The notes beneath the pieces were generated by a model that saw nothing but the letters and a program-made list of their open reading frames with translations, did not search any database and was not told the origin of the DNA. Below, piece by piece: positions 8,148-14,480 of a DNA stretch of 24,000 nucleotides. The number at the start of each line of letters is the position of its first letter. Within the stretch, counting starts at the first letter, position 1. The DNA comes from an uncultured bacterium (lineage in GTDB: Bacteria > Pseudomonadota > Gammaproteobacteria > Steroidobacterales > XN24): positions 59,479 through 83,478 of the forward strand of contig CBDDRR010000275.1 in assembly GCA_965233095.1 (NCBI GenBank), read 5' to 3'. A program made the position numbers and the translations under genes.

Positions 8148-8165
8148 GGTTGTCTCCTGAGTGTT

Positions 8166-10127
8166 TCAGTGAATGTGATCGTCCGGGGGCGGACGCAAGC
8201 GCGGTTCGGCATTGAGCCGATCCAGTTCCGGGTACAGCCTGACGGGGTCGGTCCATCCCTCCGGGTCGTCCTGTGCAATCCAGCGCGCACGCACGTAGCC
8301 GAAACGATCGATGAGGAATTCCGCATCCGTCCAATCCATGCCCAGCCGGTCCGGCAGGCCGCGGTCGCCGACCGTGCGCGCGAGCAACTCGTAGGCGGAC
8401 CAGAGCTCGGCAGCAGCGGTGCTCAACACGGGATAAGGCAAGTCGGCAGGCAGGCGAACATCGCCCAGCGGTACCGCGAGAATCTGCGTACGGCGCGACT
8501 GGAACTCAGGCATCGCAGCGGCGAGCGTTCGCGCGCGAGCTTCGGCATGTGGTCCGCCGAGAAAGGTCAGCAAGACATTGTGTGTATCGCGATATCCCTT
8601 GAGTTCCCCCGGTCCAGGCACGCCCTCGATGTAAAAATTGATCGCCCCCAGCCAAGCCAGTCCGGGAACCACGCGGGCCTGCAGCACCCGGCTTTCGAAA
8701 CCTTGCGAGAAGGCGCGCATGAAGTTGATCAGGTCCCAGCGGTCGTCCTCGGACAGCACGGCACCCAGGGCGGGCATTCCACTGTCGGGAATACCGTGCG
8801 TGAGCCACCAGTGCATGTCCCCCGCCGTGTGCAGCGCCGTGTGCGGCTCGCTCAGATTGGCCGGCGGCTTCGGCAGCTTGGCGGCCAGCGCGCCGTCTCC
8901 AAGTCCTCCCGCGCCGTGGCAGGCCGTGCAGTGCTCGGCGAACAGCGCGCGCCCGCCGGCCACGGACAGCGTCAGATACGGCACCTGGGAGCGCCGATAG
9001 GTATTCGGATAAGCCGGGACGGCGAACGCCCAGGCCAACACGCTGGTCGCGGCTACCGCCAACAGCATTGAGGGAATGCGCAGCGTTTTACGTCGCGAGC
9101 CGGTTGCCGCGGCTCCCGCGAGGATCAAGGCTGCGAAGGCTGCCAGAAACCACACCCGCAGCGACGAATCCGGCCAGGTTGCGTCTAATGACCAGCGGAA
9201 CGGCAGCCACCACTTCGGCGCGGGCTCGTGCAGTGCTGGGGTGGTCTGCGCCAGCCAGGCTGCACAGATCAGGACGCCGGAAGCCGCGGCCAGTTCAGGG
9301 CAGAAATGACGCAAGGCCGAGGCGGCAAGGCGACGCTGACCAGTCGCCTCGCCGGCCGATCTCAGCATGGGAAGAAACCGTGTTCGCAACCGGTTGGCGA
9401 ACAGCAGCGCAAGTGCCAGCAAGCCGAGCTTTCCGAGAATCAGCGCGCCGTAGCGCGTCCCCAGCAGGTCCCCCTGCGTGTCGATGTAGAGATCCGCCAG
9501 CCAGACGCCCGTGACGACGATGACGATCATCAACACCATCGCCAACCGAGAGAATCGCTCCAGGGCGGCCGCAAGAACCGGCGTGGGCAGCGCGGACGGA
9601 TCGGCGCGAGCAAAACGTCGCACCGCCACGAACCAGGACGGCAGGGCGCCGACCCAGACCGAGATGGCGAGAACATGGATGACATTGGGCAGCATCACCT
9701 GCCAAGCCGATTCCGCGCCGGCTGCGTGTCCACCCCAGGGTCCGAGCGCGAGATACGTCGCCGCCATCGAGGCGCAAGCCCATCGCGCCCGCCCCCATGT
9801 CGTCGCCACGAGCGCCGACAACAGCAGCAGGACGGCGACGCTGCCGCGTATCCGCCACACTCGCCCGACATGGGTGCCGTTGATCAGGCTTTCCCAATCG
9901 GTCGAACCGGAGCCGAGGGGGGCGAGCGAGAGCGCCTGGGCCCACATCAGGCCGGCATGGCCCAGAACCACCAGACCGACGGCGATCAGCAGGGGCAGCG
10001 CCGCGCGCAGGGCTGCACGCTGCGGATCCATCCGGGCGCACCATAGGCTGAAGCAGGTCGAACCGATGATCCACGCTGCGCCGGCCGTCGCGATGAGTCG
10101 AGAGGCCGCGGACAGGAATTCGATCAC
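8166..10127 (-). CDS. copD: Fusion protein: CopD-family polytopic membrane domain + mono-haem cytochrome c domain + Cys-less thioredoxin/TlpA/SCO-like domain
   Basis: 653 aa. Residues 1 to about 375 carry many TM helices with CopD-like text. CTACH (nt 8916-8930) plus a downstream GIPDSGMPA gives a c-type haem site with a Met ligand. The C-terminus NVLLTFLGGPHAEARARTL...AEFLIDRFGYVRARW looks like a thioredoxin-fold protein in which the CxxC position reads GPHA. GTG start at 10127, 7 nt after the copC stop. Confidence 0.75.
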   Translation of the reverse strand: MIEFLSAASRLIATAGAAWIIGSTCFSLWCARMDPQRAALRAALPLLIAVGLVVLGHAGLMWAQALSLAPLGSGSTDWESLINGTHVGRVWRIRGSVAVLLLLSALVATTWGRARWACASMAATYLALGPWGGHAAGAESAWQVMLPNVIHVLAISVWVGALPSWFVAVRRFARADPSALPTPVLAAALERFSRLAMVLMIVIVVTGVWLADLYIDTQGDLLGTRYGALILGKLGLLALALLFANRLRTRFLPMLRSAGEATGQRRLAASALRHFCPELAAASGVLICAAWLAQTTPALHEPAPKWWLPFRWSLDATWPDSSLRVWFLAAFAALILAGAAATGSRRKTLRIPSMLLAVAATSVLAWAFAVPAYPNTYRRSQVPYLTLSVAGGRALFAEHCTACHGAGGLGDGALAAKLPKPPANLSEPHTALHTAGDMHWWLTHGIPDSGMPALGAVLSEDDRWDLINFMRAFSQGFESRVLQARVVPGLAWLGAINFYIEGVPGPGELKGYRDTHNVLLTFLGGPHAEARARTLAAAMPEFQSRRTQILAVPLGDVRLPADLPYPVLSTAAAELWSAYELLARTVGDRGLPDRLGMDWTDAEFLIDRFGYVRARWIAQDDPEGWTDPVRLYPELDRLNAEPRLRPPPDDHIH

Positions 10128-10134
10128 CCCGGCC

Positions 10135-10515
10135 TCAGGGCAGGCTTAATTTGAACCCGTAGCCGTAATCCACGACATGGCCATCGACCGACAGAACACG
10201 ATACTTGATCGTGTAGCTTCCGCCGGGCAGCGAATCGACCGACGCAGTCAGACAGGCGGGCTTTTGCGGGTCGGCCTTCAGCTCACCGAGCGGAATCTCG
10301 GTGCCATCGGCGTTGTACAAGCTGACCTTGGAAAACTTCGCTTCGACGTTTTCGTTGAAACACAATCTAATTTCTTTCGGAGCCGCGGCCAGCACTGCAC
10401 GCCGGCCGGGTTCCGAACTGACCAGCCCTGCATGCGCGAACACAGCAGATCCGTAAGCGCCGAGCGAGCATGCGATGAGTAGCCAAAAAGCCATGCGGGG
10501 TGACTGCGTCCTCAT
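10135..10515 (-). CDS. copC: Periplasmic copper-binding protein CopC (Cu(II)-site-only type: N-terminal His plus D-x-H; no Met-rich Cu(I) site)
   Basis: Signal peptide ending VFA, then HAGLVSSEP. The SVDGHVV motif matches the D-x-H ligands of CopC. The mature protein contains no Met. The start makes an ATGA overlap with the upstream gene; an alternative start is Met8 at 10494. Confidence 0.85.
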   Translation of the reverse strand: MRTQSPRMAFWLLIACSLGAYGSAVFAHAGLVSSEPGRRAVLAAAPKEIRLCFNENVEAKFSKVSLYNADGTEIPLGELKADPQKPACLTASVDSLPGGSYTIKYRVLSVDGHVVDYGYGFKLSLP

Positions 10516-11123
10516 GTTGCTTTAGCTTTAGCTTTAGCTTTAGCTGTCTTGCGACCGGTGAGTCGATAAGCCAGTCCTGCGAGCGCGAAAACGATCATGA
10601 AGGCGGGGGCGTAGCGCCACAGGCTGTGCACGCCGACCTTGAACGGGAACACCGAGTGCAACAACGTGCCGGTGGCTGGATCCTTGGCGGTGATCATCCC
10701 GATGTACCAGCCCGGCGCATCGAAGCCCTGATCGAAGGTCAGCGTGCCTCGCGGATACACCTGCGGCGGCACGTGGATCAGGGTGGCTGCTGCGATGTCC
10801 GCCGGCGTTCCGAGGTCTTCGTAGCGTCCCCGCGACTTTAGATCCTTAGTATCTCTGAGCACGCGGAACTCGACTTCATACTGACGCAGCGCGGCGCTGA
10901 CGTAGTCAATGACAATGATGGCGCGCCCGAGTTCCGGGATGTCTTCGCAGAACTCCTGCGTCGCGCGCTTTTCCGGCTGGTAGCCGGTGAAATGCGCGGT
11001 CATCGCACCGATCTTCATGATGCAATTGTCGTCTTCCATGGACACGCCGCCGTGCGCGCCTGCAGGCGCGGTTGCGAGCACGGCGGACCCGAACACCAGG
11101 ACGCGGGCGAGACGACGCATCAT
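10512..11123 (-). CDS. PmoD/AmoD-like membrane-anchored periplasmic protein (putative copper protein)
   Basis: 203 aa from the ATG at 11123, which overlaps the pmoB TGA by 1 nt. Signal peptide MMRRLARVLVFGSAVLATAPAGA, mature N-terminus HGG, cluster DDNCIMKIGAMTAHF, and a second Cys in QEFCEDIPE. There is one C-terminal TM helix (YAPAFMIVFALAGLAYRL) and a KAKAKAKA tail. Architecture and position after pmoCAB match PmoD. Sequence-level homology was not verified. Confidence 0.55.
   Translation of the reverse strand: MMRRLARVLVFGSAVLATAPAGAHGGVSMEDDNCIMKIGAMTAHFTGYQPEKRATQEFCEDIPELGRAIIVIDYVSAALRQYEVEFRVLRDTKDLKSRGRYEDLGTPADIAAATLIHVPPQVYPRGTLTFDQGFDAPGWYIGMITAKDPATGTLLHSVFPFKVGVHSLWRYAPAFMIVFALAGLAYRLTGRKTAKAKAKAKAT
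10519..10545 (-). repeat. Hexanucleotide tandem repeat (GCTTTA)x4 plus a partial unit, encoding the (Lys-Ala)n C-terminal tail of the PmoD-like protein
   Basis: The plus strand reads gcttta gcttta gcttta gcttta gct. The minus-strand sense is GCT AAA GCT AAA GCT AAA GCT AAA GCA ACA TGA, giving AKAKAKAKAT*. Confidence 0.9.
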
Positions 11124-12361
11124 CAGCTCTTGCTCATACCGAAGTCGGGAATCATGGGGCCGCCAAATTCCACCAAGTGCCGCTTGCCGCCTTCCTCGAA
11201 GAAGAACAGCACGCCGGCCACGACCGCATCCGGCGAGGAAATCATGGTGGTCATGCGCTCGGTTTCCCACATGGCGTCGTCGGCGTAGATCACGACGCGC
11301 TGAGTGGCTCCCGCAGCAACCGGCCCACCTTCCACGCGCAGGGCATCGGAAGCCACCAGGTCGTGCTCGTCCTTGGGTTTGACGTCGAGCACCTTGGCGT
11401 TGATGAAGCGCAGGTTGCCGGCGGCGAATTCGCCGATGGTCACCTGGCGATCACTGTTGTTGATGACGTCGAATTCCATCCTGAAGCTGCGGCCGGGAAT
11501 ACGGTACCGGGCTTCGATGAGCTTGATGGAGATCGGGGTCGGCGGCTGATCGAGCGGGGGAACGTCGATCTTGCCGGTCTGGAGAGGGGTGGTGATGGGC
11601 CATTTTTCCTGGGCGTAGACATAGCCGCCGACGATCAGGCTCAGGGTCAGCACCAGGAAGATGCCGCCGATGCGCCGGTCCATCGGGGTGATCATCTGAT
11701 CGGCCTCGACGCCCAGTTCTGCGGTGCGCTTGAAGCGGGGCACGACGATGGGGCACTTGGTCAGCCAGTAAATGAACCAGGACAGGCCCACCGCAAACCA
11801 CAGCGCGGACCAGAACATGACGTTGCCCAGGCCGTAGGTTTCCAGATCGATGGTTTCGCCAAGCAGGGTCTTGGCGGTGTTCTGGAAGGCCGCTTCGTCG
11901 CCCGCCACTTCGACCCACATGCCGGGGCCGATCATGGGGCCGGCGCCTTCGACATTGATGACGGTGTGGACGTGATAACGACCCACCTTGCGCGCCTTGA
12001 GCGTGATCTCGAAATCGTAGGTCTCGCCCTTGCGAAACGAAGTGGAGCGGATCATCGGCACGCCGTTGACGCGCGAGTCCAGACGCACAAACGCAGGGCC
12101 GGGCACGCCGATGTTGAGGAAGGCCGTTTCCTCGATCGAGTTCACATGGTGCGGCCAGTACTTCGACGGCATGAACTTGCCGCTGATCTTGACGATGTCG
12201 TTGATGGCCAGCTTGGAAGCGGAGGCCTGCACGTCGATCCAGTGAACCGTGCGCATGCGCAACTGCGGCATCTGCGCGCGTTCGCCGTGCGCTAGCAACG
12301 TCGGGGTGTAGCCCGCGCACAGTGCGAGCAGCGGAAGCAGAAAAGCACGTAGGAGTTTCAT
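11123..12361 (-). CDS. pmoB: Copper membrane monooxygenase subunit B (PmoB/AmoB family)
   Basis: Signal peptide MKLLRAFLLPLLALCAGYTPTLLA, then HGERAQMPQLRMRTVHW. Also RYHVHTVINVEGAGPMIGPG, two central TM helices, and C-terminal cupredoxin text IEARYRIPGRSFRMEFDVINN...GVLFFFEEGG. This is closely parallel to Methylococcus PmoB as I recall it. ATG 12361 preferred over the ORF-track start at 12406. Confidence 0.93.
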   Translation of the reverse strand: MKLLRAFLLPLLALCAGYTPTLLAHGERAQMPQLRMRTVHWIDVQASASKLAINDIVKISGKFMPSKYWPHHVNSIEETAFLNIGVPGPAFVRLDSRVNGVPMIRSTSFRKGETYDFEITLKARKVGRYHVHTVINVEGAGPMIGPGMWVEVAGDEAAFQNTAKTLLGETIDLETYGLGNVMFWSALWFAVGLSWFIYWLTKCPIVVPRFKRTAELGVEADQMITPMDRRIGGIFLVLTLSLIVGGYVYAQEKWPITTPLQTGKIDVPPLDQPPTPISIKLIEARYRIPGRSFRMEFDVINNSDRQVTIGEFAAGNLRFINAKVLDVKPKDEHDLVASDALRVEGGPVAAGATQRVVIYADDAMWETERMTTMISSPDAVVAGVLFFFEEGGKRHLVEFGGPMIPDFGMSKS

Positions 12362-12371
12362 GGTCGCGCCC

Positions 12372-13145
12372 TCAGACGATCTTCCGGATCCAGAGTGCCT
12401 TGGCACCCAGGTAGCCGATCCACAGCCAGAACCAGTAGTTCATGATGTTCAGGAATCCGGCGAACACTGCCGTCAGCGGCGTCACCGCTGACCCGAAGGT
12501 TCTGAGCGTTGACTCCTCGATGATGCGGACGTATTCGGGAATCGCCGTGCGGATGTACTCGTAGCCCATGAGATCGGCCACAGTAAGCATGGTGCCGTTG
12601 AGTTCCAACGGCACCTGGAACGGCGCCAGCATCGACCAGTTGAGCGGGTAGATCAGCAGACCGAAGGCAAACCCGCCGAACAGCCCGGTCCAGAAGAAGC
12701 TGCGAGTGAGCAGCAGCATGCAGTCCAGAATCAGACCCAGCCCGATGTAGGTCGAGGGCCACACGAAGTTCATCGGGAAATCCGCGAACAGATAAAAATT
12801 GAGATAGCGGCTGATCCAGGCCGCGAGGGTCAGGCACAGGATCGTGAGCGTCCCGCCCAGCGGCAAACGAAGCTTGTCCCACAGCAGAAACCCGAACACT
12901 CCCGGCAGTACTGAGAGCGCCAGCGGCGTCACCAGCGGCCACCAGCGGCGGTCGCGCCAGTCCACCCAGTAATCCCAGTCGCCGACGAGCAGGGCGAAGT
13001 GAAAACTGAAGATGCCCATGAACAGCAGCACGATCAGGGGGATGACCAGCAGGTCCGCCTGGACGTAGGCCTTGTGCTGCTCTTTTGACGAGCTGAGCCC
13101 GTAAGCACCCGAGGCAGAACTGTCGAGATCATCTACGGCTTTCAT
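12372..13145 (-). CDS. pmoA: Copper membrane monooxygenase subunit A (PmoA/AmoA family)
   Basis: The hallmark GDWDYWVDWRDRRWWPLVTPL, plus multi-TM text through TAIPEYVRIIEESTLRTFG. GGAGG lies 5 nt upstream of ATG 13145. Confidence 0.93.
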   Translation of the reverse strand: MKAVDDLDSSASGAYGLSSSKEQHKAYVQADLLVIPLIVLLFMGIFSFHFALLVGDWDYWVDWRDRRWWPLVTPLALSVLPGVFGFLLWDKLRLPLGGTLTILCLTLAAWISRYLNFYLFADFPMNFVWPSTYIGLGLILDCMLLLTRSFFWTGLFGGFAFGLLIYPLNWSMLAPFQVPLELNGTMLTVADLMGYEYIRTAIPEYVRIIEESTLRTFGSAVTPLTAVFAGFLNIMNYWFWLWIGYLGAKALWIRKIV

Positions 13146-13286
13146 GGGGGCCTCCGCCTCAAAGCGTCAAGCAGAAAGCCCGCGAGCGGGACAGCCTGAT
13201 TTCCGCGTTTCTAATTATTCACGCAATGTTCTGACCGCCCGCGAGCGGTCAAGTCGTAAAGCGTCGCGTTAGTCTCGTCGCTCTCC

Positions 13287-13314
13287 GGCGAGGGCGCCGA
13301 GGGGCGCCCTCGCC
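13287..13314 (-). other. Perfect 12-bp GC-rich stem with 4-nt loop in the pmoC-pmoA intergenic region (RNA stem-loop; processing, stability or attenuation element)
   Basis: ggcgagggcgcc gagg ggcgccctcgcc; the arms are exact reverse complements. It starts 23 nt downstream of the pmoC stop. No U-run follows on the transcribed strand. Confidence 0.5.
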
Positions 13315-13337
13315 TGACGCAAGACCAAGGATCGTTA

Positions 13338-14132
13338 TCAGGCTGCTGCTGTGACTGCCATCGCCTTCGCCGATTCCACCCTCGGCGCGGGCTCACCGAT
13401 CACCTTGGTCAGTTCGACGACCCGGGTGAGGATCTGCACCACCAGTCCGCCGGCCGCAAACGTGGCCCAGCCGAGCAGCACGAAGCCCCAGTGAATCGGC
13501 GCGGCGAACAGTTCCTCGGCGTAGAAGAACGTGTGACCCCATTCGTTCAGCCCCAGGTTGGGCATGATCATGATCGGCCCTGCAACCACCAGCGCAAACG
13601 GCAGGGACAGCTTGTTCGCGAACTGTGGCAGCCGTGTACGGGCGTAGGCGAACGCCGCCACACCGCTCATGATGAACATGGGAATGCCGAAGTAGAACAG
13701 CGTGATGTGGGTGGGCGTGAAATCGGTATCGCGCACCGTCACCTGATGCCAGGCCGCATCCGCCTCGGTGAACGGCGACGCCGTCAGATAGGCCACGATC
13801 GCGAAGATCATGATGTACCCGAGCAGCACGAAGTAGCGTCGCAGCTCCTCGACCGGCGCGAGCTTGTCCAACTGGCGATCACGCGTGTGCCAGATCCATC
13901 CGACGATTCCCGTGCCCATCGCGACCAGCACCGGCAACTGGATATACAGCAGCATCATCCAAGTGCTCTGGAATTCCGGCGAAAAGTAGTCGAGCCCAAC
14001 AGTGAAGGCGGTAGCGTTTTGATACAGCCGGTAGCCGGTGTAAAGCATTCCAACTCCGACCAGAATCAGGAAAAGCTTGGCCCAGGGAGCCGTGGGGGAC
14101 TGGTATGTCGTGCTTTGGCTGACGGAACTCAT
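13338..14132 (-). CDS. pmoC: Copper membrane monooxygenase subunit C (PmoC/AmoC family)
   Basis: DAAWHQVTVRDTDFTPTH and NEWGHTFFYAEELFAAPIHWGF are signature PmoC motifs. AGGAGG (plus strand cctcct 14141-14146) lies 8 nt upstream of ATG 14132. The ORF-track start at 14180 has no such site. Confidence 0.93.
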   Translation of the reverse strand: MSSVSQSTTYQSPTAPWAKLFLILVGVGMLYTGYRLYQNATAFTVGLDYFSPEFQSTWMMLLYIQLPVLVAMGTGIVGWIWHTRDRQLDKLAPVEELRRYFVLLGYIMIFAIVAYLTASPFTEADAAWHQVTVRDTDFTPTHITLFYFGIPMFIMSGVAAFAYARTRLPQFANKLSLPFALVVAGPIMIMPNLGLNEWGHTFFYAEELFAAPIHWGFVLLGWATFAAGGLVVQILTRVVELTKVIGEPAPRVESAKAMAVTAAA

Positions 14133-14205
14133 GATGTAAACCTCCTGACCTGGATGGCGACCCGATTCTGCGCGCTTCACCAGCTAGGGCGCTGGCGACG
14201 ATCAG

Positions 14206-14235
14206 ACCATAATTGAGCTTACATGGAAAAGTCAA
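14206..14235 (-). promoter_or_regulatory. Candidate sigma70-type promoter for pmoC (TTGACT-N18-TATGGT on the minus strand)
   Basis: The minus-strand reading is ctaTTGACTtttccatgtaagctcaatTATGGTctg. It lies in the AT-richer divergent intergenic region, about 70 nt upstream of the pmoC ATG. The 18-nt spacer and imperfect -10 make this tentative. Confidence 0.35.
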
Positions 14236-14253
14236 TAGCAGATAGCTCTGCTA
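14236..14253. promoter_or_regulatory. Perfect 6-bp inverted repeat TAGCAG-N6-CTGCTA abutting the candidate pmoC -35 (possible operator)
   Basis: The plus strand reads tagcag atagct ctgcta at 14236-14253, directly adjacent to the TTGACT element. Confidence 0.3.
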
Positions 14254-14480
14254 CGCACATTGCTATCGTCCTGGATTTCGATCGGACCCGCCTATTTAGT
14301 AGTGCGCAGTACGTACATTCACTATATTATTTGTCGTCCTGATCGCGCCGATGTGCAGAACGTCGTTACCGCACTATCTAACAAACGCTTGACTGATTTA
14401 TTGTGGGCGAATGAACCCTATGAGCCTTATATGAACCTTAGTGGTCCGCAATCGCTTCCTCCTCACATGGAGACTCGTAC

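Noticed and set aside
7530-9071. 513-aa plus-strand ORF antisense to the DUF4399-like and CopD-fusion genes; likewise 9228..10046, 9511..10149 and 11072..12295 on the plus strand
   Set aside because: Same reasoning. There is no motif content, the composition is extremely Arg-rich, and the opposite strand encodes proteins with specific motifs (CTACH, HGE, HVH).
10519-10545. The tandem repeat as a CRISPR fragment or a frameshifting phase-variation switch
   Set aside because: The unit is only 6 nt with no spacers. It lies inside a coding region and its period is a multiple of three, so slippage cannot switch the frame.
11124-14180. Longer N-terminal extensions offered by the ORF track for the PmoD-like gene (to 11270), pmoB (to 12406) and pmoC (to 14180); similarly DUF3450 (4761), the MaoC-N subunit (17097) and the ACAD (18456)
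   Set aside because: The internal ATGs give proper signal peptides or canonical N-termini, have Shine-Dalgarno sequences or stop-start coupling, and avoid long overlaps with the upstream gene. The extensions are Arg/Gly-rich and overlap neighbouring coding sequence.
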